The translations under genes were made by a program, and so were the position numbers. Positions 48,850 through 59,191 of a stretch of 64,000 bases of DNA are shown here, piece after piece. A model generated the notes under the pieces. That model saw nothing but the letters and a program-made list of their open reading frames with translations. It was not told the origin of the DNA and did no database searches. The stretch comes from Candidatus Omnitrophota bacterium (GTDB lineage: Bacteria; Omnitrophota; Gorgyraeia; Zapsychrales; Zapsychraceae), in assembly GCA_015233195.1 (NCBI GenBank), contig JADFYE010000005.1:12122-76121 (forward strand). The letters run 5' to 3'. How positions within the stretch are numbered: position 1 is the stretch's first letter; each line of letters begins with the position of its first letter.

Positions 48850-49985
48850 ATCCTGTCGTATTCTTTCACAAATCCTTCTAATAGTTTAGTGCCTTTTATT
48901 AAAGTCGAGATGTTCAAATATTCGTCAGTCGTATGCGCTGTACCTTTTGCTCCCACACCTGTAGCAAAAGCCGGAATCTTATGTTTCCGAAAAAATGATA
49001 TAACAGTAGCGCCTTCACTTCCTTTTAATATGACAGGGATTTTCTCTTTTTGGGCTGACCTGACATAAGCTTTCACAAATGGATGTTCTTTACTAATCTC
49101 ATACGGTCTTTGATGATCATCAATTATAAATTCAAATTTTTTAGTTTCTGATCCAATTACTTTCTTAATTTGATTTATGACATCTTCACCAACCATACCC
49201 GGCAAATAACGTATATCGACTGAAAATTCACAAAAATCAGCCACCATATTAACTTTATCCCCGCCTTTAATCGTCCCGATATTAATAGTCGGTTCGCGTA
49301 AAAACTGGTGCTTCACATATGGCAATTTTAATGCTTTTAATTTTGCTATCACCAGAGCGGCAATCTCAATTGCGTTCACTCCCAGCCAATTATACGCACC
49401 ATGCGCTTTTTTACCAAAAATCTGCACCCTGCAGTGTATCAAACCTTTTTGGGCTATGACTGCGTGATTGTCGTCTGAATCAAGCACCAAAGCCAATCCG
49501 GGTTTTAAAACTTTTTTATCTACCAAAGGTAATATACCAGCTTTACTTCCAGTCTCCTCGTCTACAGTTGCAGCCATGACAACATCTTTACGCAACTTTA
49601 CTCCATCCTCGACTAGACTGCGCATGATCTCCATTGAAGCAGCTAAATTTCCTTTGTCATCTGACGATCCACGACCATAAATTTTATTACCTACAACCTG
49701 TCCTAATGGATTATATTTCCAGCCAGTACCGATCGGCACAGTATCAAAATGCGGGGTCAAAAGAATTGATTGTTTTTGCGCTTGCGCCCGAGGTAAAGAA
49801 CCCTTTAAAGTAGCGATTATATTTGGTCGGTTCTTAGCATAAGTCACCAGTTTCACTTCCAGACCTAAAGACCGCATATCGTTCTCGATAAACTTAGCTA
49901 AAGCTAACTCATTACCTGGAGGATTTTCCGAATTAAAAGATAAAACTTTTTTAGTTAAAGCAATCAAGCGTAGTTTATTTATCAC
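48846..49985 (-). CDS. M20 metallopeptidase (ArgE/DapE family)
   Basis: HFDTVP, YGRGSSDDKG, DEE, GKKAHG and AHTTDE; probable GTG start at 49985. Confidence 0.88.
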   Translation of the reverse strand: MINKLRLIALTKKVLSFNSENPPGNELALAKFIENDMRSLGLEVKLVTYAKNRPNIIATLKGSLPRAQAQKQSILLTPHFDTVPIGTGWKYNPLGQVVGNKIYGRGSSDDKGNLAASMEIMRSLVEDGVKLRKDVVMAATVDEETGSKAGILPLVDKKVLKPGLALVLDSDDNHAVIAQKGLIHCRVQIFGKKAHGAYNWLGVNAIEIAALVIAKLKALKLPYVKHQFLREPTINIGTIKGGDKVNMVADFCEFSVDIRYLPGMVGEDVINQIKKVIGSETKKFEFIIDDHQRPYEISKEHPFVKAYVRSAQKEKIPVILKGSEGATVISFFRKHKIPAFATGVGAKGTAHTTDEYLNISTLIKGTKLLEGFVKEYDRI

Positions 49986-50289
49986 CGAACAACTCCTGAG
50001 CTTTGGAAGCCCCGATGTGCCGCTTATAATCATCGTGGTCAATAATTTGCAGACTGGGACGCTGTTCAACGATTTTATGCAATTTAGGCATGTTAGTTAT
50101 CACGTTGCGGAATGCTATATATTTAAATTCGGCTTTGCAATGCGGGCATTGATGCATATCCAACTTAACGTTCAATTCGCTGCAGTTAGCACATTGAGCA
50201 GCTAAGTCACCATAGATCATCAAATGAGCTTTGACCTCTTGAATATCATACTTCTTATAGGTTCGAATTAAACCCTGATTATGCGACAT
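49975..50289 (-). CDS. Hypothetical zinc-ribbon protein
   Basis: CANC...CPHC; translationally coupled to the M20 gene. Confidence 0.65.
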   Translation of the reverse strand: MSHNQGLIRTYKKYDIQEVKAHLMIYGDLAAQCANCSELNVKLDMHQCPHCKAEFKYIAFRNVITNMPKLHKIVEQRPSLQIIDHDDYKRHIGASKAQELFGDK

Positions 50290-50488
50290 AGTTTATATCT
50301 CGACTAATATGTTCCCATAAAAAAGTGTATTGCAAACAAGGCAGCCTTCTAAAATGTTATATTCAAGAAAAGGCTGGGGTTCAAGCCGCATTTCAATTTA
50401 TATTGCAAGATGCGGGTTAAATGCTGACTCATGTTTGCGATTATAACACAGCAGACTATTTGTAGAGCAGAAAAAAATTAAATATATT

Positions 50489-50764
50489 CTACATCTTTTT
50501 ATACGCGCATCTGCGGTCGCCGGGCCAGAATTCATTCAAAATATCCCGTATCGGCACACAGGTAAATTTCCTGCCATTTATAGTTTTATGCGGACCAAAT
50601 CGATTAGCATAATCAGAGCAAAAAAACTTTCCATATTTTCCTGCTCTTAAATTCTCACACGGATCACCTTCTGCTTTACCACAGCATGCTCCGCAATTTT
50701 TACAAATTGCCTCCCACTCTTCAGCTTGTTTTTTCTGTAAAGCGTAATAATTGTGCTCGTCCAT
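50489..50764 (-). CDS. Small Cys-rich protein (YkgJ/CxxCxxCC family-like)
   Basis: WEAICKNCGACC...PC..L...C..Y..R...C. Confidence 0.7.
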   Translation of the reverse strand: MDEHNYYALQKKQAEEWEAICKNCGACCGKAEGDPCENLRAGKYGKFFCSDYANRFGPHKTINGRKFTCVPIRDILNEFWPGDRRCAYKKM

Positions 50765-50772
50765 ATTCTGAT

Positions 50773-51810
50773 TTATTTTTTCCTAATATATTCCGCAACT
50801 TCATAAATCAATTTTTCTGAATCTTCCCAGCCTAAACATGGATCAGTAATCGATTGCCCATAAACATTTTTTCCGACAGGCTTTGCGCCTTCAACCAAAT
50901 AACTTTCTATCATTAACCCGCGAACCATATCTTTTAAGACCAGAGATTCCATACGGCTCCACATTACCTCATGCGTAATACGGATCTGCTGTTTGAACTG
51001 TTTATTAGAATTAGAATGGTTGGTATCCACAATTATAGAAGGATTCGGATAGCCGCGTTCTTTGTATAACTCCGCGACTCTAATCATATCCTCAAAATGA
51101 TAATTAGGTATCGACCTGCCTGCTAAATCAACTGCACCCCTTAAAATACAATGAGTAAGCGGATTACCTGAAGTTTTAACTTCAAATCCGTTATAAATAT
51201 ATACATGCGGCAACAATGCGGCATGAACCGCATTCATCATTACAGTTATATCGCCGCTGGTTGGATTTTTCATGCCTACTGGAACATCAAATCCACTTGA
51301 AGTAAGACGATGGTTCTGATTTTCAACTGAGCGCGCGCCAACTGCAACATAACTCAAAAGATCAGCTAAATATGGATAATTACTTGGATAAAGCATTTCA
51401 TCAGCTGCTGATAATCCAGTTTCTTCAAGCACACGAATATGCATGCGACGAATAGCTTTTATACCCTCAACAATATTAGGATCTTCAGTTGGATCAGGTT
51501 GATGTGCCATGCCTTTATAACCTTCCCCTGTTGTGCGGGGTTTATTAGTATAAATCCGCGGCACAAGCACCACCGCATCCCTAACCTTTTCCTGAACCTT
51601 AGCCAAACGATTTACATATTCACATACAGAATTTTCATCATCTGCAGAACATGGTCCAATAATCAAAAGAAATTTATTATCCACTCTAGTAAATACATTC
51701 TGGATAGCCCGATCCCGTTTAGCTTTCAAAGCTTTAAGCTGTAAACTCATAGGTATTTCCCGAATAATCTCCTCAGGAGATGGTATTTTACGAATATATT
51801 GAAAACTCAT
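50773..51810 (-). CDS. aroF: DAHP synthase class I-alpha
   Basis: IGPCS, KPRT.G.GYKG, GARS.E.Q.HR, GMKN, D..H.NS.K, MIESYL and GQSITDPC. Confidence 0.92.
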   Translation of the reverse strand: MSFQYIRKIPSPEEIIREIPMSLQLKALKAKRDRAIQNVFTRVDNKFLLIIGPCSADDENSVCEYVNRLAKVQEKVRDAVVLVPRIYTNKPRTTGEGYKGMAHQPDPTEDPNIVEGIKAIRRMHIRVLEETGLSAADEMLYPSNYPYLADLLSYVAVGARSVENQNHRLTSSGFDVPVGMKNPTSGDITVMMNAVHAALLPHVYIYNGFEVKTSGNPLTHCILRGAVDLAGRSIPNYHFEDMIRVAELYKERGYPNPSIIVDTNHSNSNKQFKQQIRITHEVMWSRMESLVLKDMVRGLMIESYLVEGAKPVGKNVYGQSITDPCLGWEDSEKLIYEVAEYIRKK

Positions 51811-51857
51811 AATTAATCCTTTCAAAAATATCTTTATTTGTCCGTCTTACTTTTGCT

Positions 51858-51885
51858 ATTTTATAAGGTTTGAAACATTTGGCAA
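51858..51885 (-). promoter_or_regulatory. Putative internal promoter for aroF
   Basis: TTGCCA-N16-TAAAAT, downstream of the RNA's U-run. Confidence 0.5.
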
Positions 51886-51913
51886 GTATTAAAATTTTGA
51901 ATAAAAATAAAAA

Positions 51914-52176
51914 AGCCGATAAAGCAAGGAGCCTACACAGGAGACTCACATGGCGACGGTTCCGCATCACAAGTATGCTTTCAACATCGCAGGAAACAAC
52001 CGGGCGGTCATTCCCTCACTTCGGCAACTCAGCCACCATATTGTCTATTAACCTAACCATTCTTAATCTACGTGCCTCGGGCGATCCAGTCGCCTCCGCC
52101 AGGCCTCTTCGGTCCTTGACAACTTAGGTCTGAAGTTTTGCGTCCCCGGATTTCCCCGGGTTTGCCTTTATCGGCT
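51914..52176 (-). ncRNA. ~263-nt structured RNA containing a c-di-GMP-I (GEMM) aptamer with an expanded P3 loop
   Basis: CGAUAAAGGCAAACCCGGG-GAAA-UCCGGGGACGCAAA...CCUAAG...UAUGG...GUUGCCG (aptamer 52022-52176); 5' and 3' ends complementary; U-run after the 3' end; TG-TATATT -10 at 52183-52191. Confidence 0.85.
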
Positions 52177-52238
52177 AAGTAAAATATACCATACCGAATA
52201 AACAAAACAAGACCAAAATAATACCGTCAAGATAACGT

Positions 52239-52862
52239 TTACTTCCGCTTAGACGCTATAAGTCCGGCAATCTTGTCACCCCAAATATCCAAAATAAGAC
52301 CTAAAGATTTTTGATCCAAATCATTATTAAATGGATCAGCATACATTTTTAAAGCTAAAGGCTGCACATCTGACATTGATAAAATGATCTGCTTAGTTGA
52401 CGCATCTCTAACCTCAACTTCTATAATCAAGTCTGAAGGGTCATAAACTTGATTGGAATTAGCATTTATCATCCGCATTAAAGCGCGCTGCGGCTGTGAT
52501 CTAAAAGAACCTTTTAATGCAATATTTACTATCAAAGCTTTTGATTTATCTTTAAACATTTTTTCATCTTCAACTACGTCCATCATAGCTAATTTTAATT
52601 TTGCGCTTATATGATGATTTACTACCTGCGCCACTAATTCAAATACTTCTGGTCGGAGCGTATCTTTTTCAAAATCATTAGTTTCATCATTCTGAGTCGA
52701 GATCTCTATACCTCTAAGGTCAATCATTGCTACAGAAATTTCCTTATATGATGCCAAATTCACATCCGAGTTTTTACAATCCGCTTTAAAATTATCAGCG
52801 TGAACTAAAGGAGCATACAATAGCGCAAACACAATAAAAAAATATCGAATCCATATATTCAT
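52239..52862 (-). CDS. Hypothetical exported protein
   Basis: Signal peptide ending VHA; no confident family. Confidence 0.6.
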   Translation of the reverse strand: MNIWIRYFFIVFALLYAPLVHADNFKADCKNSDVNLASYKEISVAMIDLRGIEISTQNDETNDFEKDTLRPEVFELVAQVVNHHISAKLKLAMMDVVEDEKMFKDKSKALIVNIALKGSFRSQPQRALMRMINANSNQVYDPSDLIIEVEVRDASTKQIILSMSDVQPLALKMYADPFNNDLDQKSLGLILDIWGDKIAGLIASKRK

Positions 52863-52869
52863 AATGCCT

Positions 52870-53511
52870 CTATTTCTCGTCGATTTCACTTTGACTTGGA
52901 GAACGAAAATTCAAAACATCAAAAAATGCTCGGATCTTACGCGCGTCTTTTATACCAGGAGATTTTTCAAGACTGCTGGACACGTCGATTGCGTAAGGAT
53001 TTACAGCTTCAACAGCTTGGCGCACATTCTCTACAGTTATACCTCCGGATAATATTATCGGCTTATCAAACTTCTGCCCTTTTAACATTTCCCAATTGAA
53101 TGCTGTGCCAGTACCGCCTTCAATCCCTTCCTTAAAAGTATCAAATAGGTAAGCATCAACCATATATTCTTTTATCTGACCAAAATCAAATTGAGGAGCA
53201 ATCTTAAACGCTTTTATAATCTTACAATCTTTAAACCTTTTGCAATATTGAGCAGTTTCTTTACCATGAAATTGTACAGTCTTGATACGAGTAAAATTAC
53301 AAACTTCACGCACAGCTCTTTCACTCAAATCAACAAAAACACCGACTGGTGTTATAAAAGGCGGTAAAGCTTCGATCAATTTGCGCGCCTTACTTGGACT
53401 TATGTAACGCGGACTTTTTTTATGAAATATGAATCCAACTGCCCATGCGCCGTAATACGCAGCCTTTTGCGCGTCCTCGTGATTAGTGATACCACAAACT
53501 TTTACTCGCAT
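52870..53511 (-). CDS. trpF: Phosphoribosylanthranilate isomerase
   Basis: VKVCGIT, SPRY, VQFHG.E, GGTG..FNW and DVSS. Confidence 0.95.
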   Translation of the reverse strand: MRVKVCGITNHEDAQKAAYYGAWAVGFIFHKKSPRYISPSKARKLIEALPPFITPVGVFVDLSERAVREVCNFTRIKTVQFHGKETAQYCKRFKDCKIIKAFKIAPQFDFGQIKEYMVDAYLFDTFKEGIEGGTGTAFNWEMLKGQKFDKPIILSGGITVENVRQAVEAVNPYAIDVSSSLEKSPGIKDARKIRAFFDVLNFRSPSQSEIDEK

Positions 53512-53529
53512 ATGATTCCTTTTGTATAG

Positions 53530-54306
53530 TTAAAATAATTCTTTAATTTTCGCCCCAATATCGTCCGAACGCATAAAGACTTCTCCCATTAATACTGCAT
53601 GAGCCCCTGCCTGTTTAACCCTTAAAATATCTTCTCTGGTCTTAAGTCCACTTTCTGCAACAATAACCTTATCTTTTGGTATCAACGGTATGAGTTTTTC
53701 ACATACAGCTAAATCAACATTAAAAGTTTTAAGATCGCGATTATTAATACCAATGATTTCTGCTCCGCATTTCAAGGCGCGATTCAACTCCGCCTCGTCG
53801 TGTACTTCAACCAAACAATCCAAGTCTAATTGAGATGCCACAGTTATAAAATTTTTTATTTGAATATCAGTCAAAATAGCGACGATCAAAAGAACAGCGC
53901 TAGCACCCAAATATTGCGTTTCGTAGATCTGCCCTTCATCTATAATAAAATCTTTTCGCAAGATTGGCATTTTAAACTGATCTGCCACTTGTCGCATGTA
54001 AGCAGGTTTACCTAAAAAATATTTTTCTTCAGTCAATATAGAAAACGCTGCCGCGCCATTGTTAGCATATGCTTCAGCAATTTTTAACACATCAAATTTT
54101 TCTCTAATTAGCCCTAAAGACGGTGAAGCTTTTTTTATTTCTGCAATTAAATTAATTTTACCAGGCTGAGAAATTTGTTTTTTAAATATTGAATACCGCT
54201 TATATTCAGCCAGATCTATTCGCGCTTTTATACGAGCGTAAAATTCTTTACTGCGCGCAACTTCAAATTTCTTATATTCAACAATATCTTTTAAGAAATC
54301 ATTCAT
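53530..54306 (-). CDS. trpC: Indole-3-glycerol phosphate synthase
   Basis: IAEIKKASPS, SILTE..YF.G, LRKDFI, GINNRDL and AESG. Confidence 0.95.
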   Translation of the reverse strand: MNDFLKDIVEYKKFEVARSKEFYARIKARIDLAEYKRYSIFKKQISQPGKINLIAEIKKASPSLGLIREKFDVLKIAEAYANNGAAAFSILTEEKYFLGKPAYMRQVADQFKMPILRKDFIIDEGQIYETQYLGASAVLLIVAILTDIQIKNFITVASQLDLDCLVEVHDEAELNRALKCGAEIIGINNRDLKTFNVDLAVCEKLIPLIPKDKVIVAESGLKTREDILRVKQAGAHAVLMGEVFMRSDDIGAKIKELF

Positions 54307-55574
54307 TATTTCTCTTTCTCTCTCCACACCTTTGCTCCAACCTTCAACAATTTATCTTCTAAATCTTCATATCCACGTTCCAAATGATAAATACGATGTA
54401 TTTCGGTCGTACCTTTTGCCATTAAACCAGCTATAAGCAAAGCCGCTGAAGCGCGTAAGTCAGACGCCATTACCGGAGCGCCATGTAATTTTTTAACACC
54501 CTGCACGATCGCGGCAGTCCCTTCTCGACGAATATCCGCGCCCATCCGATTCATTTCCGCGATATGAATAAACCGATCTGGATAAACCTTATCTGAAATA
54601 ATACTAACCCCTTCAATGGTTGCCATAAAAGCCATGAACTGAGCTTGCAGATCCGTCGGAAAACCTGGATATGGATACGTAGTAACACTTACCGGCTTAA
54701 ATTTTTTACTGGTACTTACTTTTATATCACCATTTTTTTCAGCATAAACTTTTACACCTGCCTGGTTCAGACGATCTACCAAAGCAAATAAATGTTTTAA
54801 GTTTGCATTTTTAATGGTCAGATCACTCCTGGTAGCTGCAGCTAATAAAATATACGTGCCAGCCTCAATGCGGTCAGGTATGATCTCATACGTAATGCCT
54901 TTTAATTTTTTTACACCCTTTATCTTAAGACGAGGACTGCCTTTACCTTCAATATTTGCGCCCATCTCAATGAGAAATTCAGTAAGATCCTCAATTTCAG
55001 GTTCGCAAGCAGCAAATTCAATTACAGTTTCACCTTCAGCTAAAACCGCAGCCATCAATACATTCGCAGTCGCTAAAACTGAAGAACCAAATACTCCGCC
55101 TAAAAATATTTCATTACCAATTAATTTTGGAGCCGTAGCCAAAACATAACCGCCGTCTACTGATATTTTCGCGCCCAACGCTTCCACACCTTTAATATGT
55201 AAATCTACTGGACGAATACCAATAACACATCCACCAGGTAAAGAAACTTTGGCTTTTTTTAATTTCCCTAATAATGGGCCAAGCACGCAAAATGATCCAC
55301 GCATCGTCGAAACTAAATCATAATCCGCTATATATCCGGCTTTCTTACCAGCCTTTACAGTCAAAGTATTATCTTTATAATCAACTTCCTTACCCAATGA
55401 CTGAAGTAATTTAATCATGGTGCGCGTATCCCGTAAATTCGGGACTCGTTTCAACACTACCGTGTCGTCGGTCAAAAGTGTTGCAGCCATGATCGGCAGA
55501 CTCGAATTTTTTGAACCGCTGATATTTACATCACCTTTAAGTGATGCCCCCCCTTTTAACATTAAAACATCCAT
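54306..55574 (-). CDS. murA: UDP-N-acetylglucosamine 1-carboxyvinyltransferase
   Basis: SGSKN, LPGGC.IG.RPVDLH, PDRIEAGT, PGFPTDLQ and DLRA. Confidence 0.96.
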   Translation of the reverse strand: MDVLMLKGGASLKGDVNISGSKNSSLPIMAATLLTDDTVVLKRVPNLRDTRTMIKLLQSLGKEVDYKDNTLTVKAGKKAGYIADYDLVSTMRGSFCVLGPLLGKLKKAKVSLPGGCVIGIRPVDLHIKGVEALGAKISVDGGYVLATAPKLIGNEIFLGGVFGSSVLATANVLMAAVLAEGETVIEFAACEPEIEDLTEFLIEMGANIEGKGSPRLKIKGVKKLKGITYEIIPDRIEAGTYILLAAATRSDLTIKNANLKHLFALVDRLNQAGVKVYAEKNGDIKVSTSKKFKPVSVTTYPYPGFPTDLQAQFMAFMATIEGVSIISDKVYPDRFIHIAEMNRMGADIRREGTAAIVQGVKKLHGAPVMASDLRASAALLIAGLMAKGTTEIHRIYHLERGYEDLEDKLLKVGAKVWREKEK

Positions 55575-55607
55575 TGAATAACTCCTTTATGAGAAATATA
55601 TATAATT

Positions 55608-56405
55608 CTATTGTTTGTCTGCAAAAATAATCCGTTTAATTCCAACATAATCCAAAATAAATTCTGGTTTTGAAAAACATCCTTTAGCTTTAATCATATC
55701 CGCGACCAGGTCAAACTGATCATCACCTAATTCCATTATCAAACGTCCAGACCCTATTAAAAATTTATGCGCGTGCTCGACGATAATTCTATAATAATCC
55801 AAACCATCTATGCCGCCATTTAAAGCCAAATCCGGCTCTTGTCTGACATCCTTAGGCAGATTTTTTAATTGATCTGTTGGAATATAAGGCGGATTACTAA
55901 TTATCATATCAAAAAAATTTTCCCGCCGCCATGTTGTTGATAAAAATTCCAACATATCCTTTTGAATAAAATCTATTCTATCCATTACCCCATTCAATTG
56001 AGCGTTCTTACGCGCCACGTCTAACGTCTCAGCAGAAATGTCAATTGAAACAACTTTTACTTTAAAACATTGTTTAGCTAAAGTAATAGCAATGTTACCT
56101 GAACCAGTACCCAAATCTAAAACATTATTCTCATCGCCTGTACACCCTTTTAAAAAATGTATCGCAGTTTCAACCATTATTTCAGTTTCAGGACGAGGAA
56201 TTAATACATGTTTATTAACTAATAACCGTGTTCCCATAAAATCACATGAACCCAAAATATACTGCAGCGGCTCACCTGAAGCCAAACGGGCAGTCATTTC
56301 ATCATATATTTTTTGCTGAGAAATATTTAGCTTAGGCGGGGAAAGGTAAAGGTCTTTTCTGCTGCATTTTAAAATGAACGTTAGGATTTGTTCATTTGCG
56401 TTCAT
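55608..56405 (-). CDS. prmC: Release factor glutamine methyltransferase
   Basis: GEPLQYI, VLIPRPETE, DLGTGSG and SNPPY. Confidence 0.94.
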   Translation of the reverse strand: MNANEQILTFILKCSRKDLYLSPPKLNISQQKIYDEMTARLASGEPLQYILGSCDFMGTRLLVNKHVLIPRPETEIMVETAIHFLKGCTGDENNVLDLGTGSGNIAITLAKQCFKVKVVSIDISAETLDVARKNAQLNGVMDRIDFIQKDMLEFLSTTWRRENFFDMIISNPPYIPTDQLKNLPKDVRQEPDLALNGGIDGLDYYRIIVEHAHKFLIGSGRLIMELGDDQFDLVADMIKAKGCFSKPEFILDYVGIKRIIFADKQ

Positions 56406-57459
56406 TGAGCGAATCCTCTGCGTCCGCTTGAATTAAAGCATTCGTCAATTCATCTAAATCACCGTCGAGAATAGTATCCAAACGATGACTGGTAAAACCA
56501 ATTCGATGATCAGTTACCCGATGATCTGAAAAATTATAAGTTCGGATTTTATCGCTCCGGTCACCAGTACCGATCTTAAGCCTGCGTTCCTTAGTCTCTT
56601 TAGCCAATTGATCGCTTTGATATTTATCCAATAGCCGAGCACGTAAAACCCGCATCGCTTTATTCTTATTTTTTAATTGAGAACGCTCGTCCTGACAAAT
56701 TACTACCAGCCCGGTCGGGATATGGGTTAAACGTACCGCAGAATCAGTAGTATTAACACTTTGACCACCTGGACCTGAAGAACGGAAAATATCAATGCGA
56801 AGATCAGCTGGATTAATTTGTACGTCGATTTCTTCAGCTTCAGCCATAACCGCAACTGTAGCCGCCGACGTATGGATACGACCGGAAGCTTCAGTAGCTG
56901 GCACGCGTTGAACGCGATGCGCACCGCTTTCCCACTTTAAATGTTTTTCCGCGCCTTTACCGCTGATACTAAAAATAACTTCTTTAAATCCTCCCGTATC
57001 TGATTCGTGCGATTCCATCATCTCAACCTTCCAACCTTTTCGGTCAGCAAAACGGGTGTACATCCTAAAAAGATCAGCAGCAAATAAACTCGCTTCCTGC
57101 CCGCCTGTACCAGCACGAATTTCAATAATCATGTTCCGATTTTTTTCCGCAGCTTTAGGATTTAAAATCTCATCAATCCGCAGCCGGATCTTTTCCTGCT
57201 TTTGGCGCAGCTCTTTTAATTCTTCTTGGGCTAAAGACTCAAAGTCAGGATCTTGCTTCTCTTTAAGCAAAAGTTCCAGATCTTGCTCTTGACGAAGCAT
57301 GGTCTGGAACTCTTTACCTAACACCACTAATGGCGTTAAGTCGGAATATTCTTTAGCTAATTTTTGATACTGCTCTTTATCATTAATAATAGCAGGATCA
57401 GCAAGGAACTGCTCGAGCTCAAGATAACGTTGTTCGGCTTTCTTAAGCTTATCTAACAT
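56392..57459 (-). CDS. prfA: Peptide chain release factor 1
   Basis: EIRAGTGG.EA, PAT tripeptide, GGQ and IRTYNF. Confidence 0.96.
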   Translation of the reverse strand: MLDKLKKAEQRYLELEQFLADPAIINDKEQYQKLAKEYSDLTPLVVLGKEFQTMLRQEQDLELLLKEKQDPDFESLAQEELKELRQKQEKIRLRIDEILNPKAAEKNRNMIIEIRAGTGGQEASLFAADLFRMYTRFADRKGWKVEMMESHESDTGGFKEVIFSISGKGAEKHLKWESGAHRVQRVPATEASGRIHTSAATVAVMAEAEEIDVQINPADLRIDIFRSSGPGGQSVNTTDSAVRLTHIPTGLVVICQDERSQLKNKNKAMRVLRARLLDKYQSDQLAKETKERRLKIGTGDRSDKIRTYNFSDHRVTDHRIGFTSHRLDTILDGDLDELTNALIQADAEDSLNERK

Positions 57460-57464
57460 AAAAA

Positions 57465-57671
57465 TTATTTTTTACCTTTAGCGAACTTCTTCTGGAATTT
57501 CTCAATACGACCTGCAGTATCAAGCAACTTCTTTTCCCCGGTGAAGAACGGATGGCAATTTGCACAAATCTCAACACGAATGCTGGGTTTCGTCGAATGA
57601 ATATGGGCGATGTTCCCGCAAGCGCATGCGATAGTGGTTTCCTTATAATCCGGATGAATTGCACTCTTCAT
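57465..57671 (-). CDS. rpmE: 50S ribosomal protein L31
   Basis: MK..IHP.Y..CACG...CANCHPFFTG..DTAGRIEKF. Confidence 0.96.
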   Translation of the reverse strand: MKSAIHPDYKETTIACACGNIAHIHSTKPSIRVEICANCHPFFTGEKKLLDTAGRIEKFQKKFAKGKK

Positions 57672-57784
57672 TTTGTACCAACCTCCTATAACTTATGGTA
57701 TTTCTTAAACTATTTACACATTGATTAAATTACTCTTTTAAAGCGCACAAGTATACAATAACTTGTTTTAAATGCCAATACTTT

Positions 57785-59191
57785 TTATTCTCTACTAAGA
57801 TTCGCCAAGAAATCAGCGTTGGTTTTGTATTTACTTAGACGATCAATTAACAATTCCATTGCTTCTGCGGAATTCAGATCATTCATGGCTTTACGCAATA
57901 ACCATGCGCGTTGCAAATCAGCATCCGGCATAAGTTTCTCTTCATGACGAGTATTAGAGCGTTTAATGTCAATTGCAGGATAAATACGACGCTGGAATAA
58001 ATTGCGATCTAATTGTAATTCCATGTTACCCGTACCTTTGAACTCTTCAAAAATAACTTCATCCATACGGCTTCCAGTATCGACTAAGGCTGTAGCGATA
58101 ACCGTTAAACTTCCGCCTTCTTCCAGAGCCCGGGCAGCACCAAAAAAGCGTTTCGGACGATGTAAAGCATTAGCGTCCACACCACCGCTTAATATCTTGC
58201 CGCTATGCGGAACTACCGTGTTATAAGCGCGTGCTAAACGAGTAATACTGTCGAGGAGAATTACAACATCCCGTTTATGTTCAACCAAACGTTTAGCTTT
58301 TTCTAAAACAATTTCCGCGACTTGGACGTGACGATCTGCAGGTTCATCAAAGGTTGAAGCAATTACTTCACCTTTTACACTGCGCTGCATATCAGTAACT
58401 TCTTCCGGACGCTCGTCGATAAGAAGCACCATTAAATGTATTTCCGGATGATTGGTGGTCATGGCATTCGCGATCTTTTGCAATAAAACAGTTTTACCGC
58501 TGTATGGAGGAGCAACTATCAAAGCCCGCTGTCCTTTTCCAACCGGAATCAATAAATCAATTACTCTGGTCGAAACTTCTTTTTGATCATTTTCCAGCTT
58601 AATCCGTTCAAACGGATACAGCGGAGTTAAGTTATCAAAAAATATTTTATCTTTGCAGTCTTCAGGATTCTCAAAATTAACTGCTTCGACTTTAAGTAAA
58701 GCAAAATATTTTTCACCTTCTTTAGGCGGACGGATATGCCCGCTGACTGTATCACCAGTCTTAAGATCAAACCTGCGGATTTGCGACGGAGAAACATAAA
58801 TATCATCCGGACATGGCAGATAATTATAATTCATGCTTCTTAAAAAACCAAAACCTTCAGGCAAGATTTCCAAAGTGCCTTCACCGAACATCATGCCGGC
58901 TTTTTCAGCCTGGGCTTGAAGCACCTTGAATATCAAATCCTGTTTACGGATGCCGCTAACGCCATTTAATCCCAAGCCGCGCGCGAATTCCGTTAACTCC
59001 GACATTTTCATATTTTTGAGTTTAGTAATATCCATTTGATTAGCACCGTCCGGGATAATATCTTTCTCCCGAGCCGGACGCTCCGGTCTTTCTCTGACAG
59101 GTCTTTCAGCCATGCTATTTTCTCCCTCTTTCGATGGTTTTTTATTCTCGTCTTTAACTACACGCTTAACTCTGGTTGTATCTTTTTCCAT
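57785..59191 (-). CDS. rho: Transcription termination factor Rho
   Basis: [41 protein letters not shown] and FKGTGN; start may lie further downstream. Confidence 0.96.
   Translation of the reverse strand: MEKDTTRVKRVVKDENKKPSKEGENSMAERPVRERPERPAREKDIIPDGANQMDITKLKNMKMSELTEFARGLGLNGVSGIRKQDLIFKVLQAQAEKAGMMFGEGTLEILPEGFGFLRSMNYNYLPCPDDIYVSPSQIRRFDLKTGDTVSGHIRPPKEGEKYFALLKVEAVNFENPEDCKDKIFFDNLTPLYPFERIKLENDQKEVSTRVIDLLIPVGKGQRALIVAPPYSGKTVLLQKIANAMTTNHPEIHLMVLLIDERPEEVTDMQRSVKGEVIASTFDEPADRHVQVAEIVLEKAKRLVEHKRDVVILLDSITRLARAYNTVVPHSGKILSGGVDANALHRPKRFFGAARALEEGGSLTVIATALVDTGSRMDEVIFEEFKGTGNMELQLDRNLFQRRIYPAIDIKRSNTRHEEKLMPDADLQRAWLLRKAMNDLNSAEAMELLIDRLSKYKTNADFLANLSRE

Noticed and set aside
51788-52127. 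ORFs 51788-51970 (-) and 51870-52127 (+)
   Set aside because: They overlap the structured c-di-GMP RNA and aroF promoter region and show no protein features
51914-52176. 6S RNA, SRP RNA, tmRNA or cGAMP (GEMM-Ib) interpretation
   Set aside because: End pairing suggested 6S, but the full GEMM core is present and SRP/tmRNA signatures are absent; the position-20 base is G, which favours c-di-GMP over cGAMP
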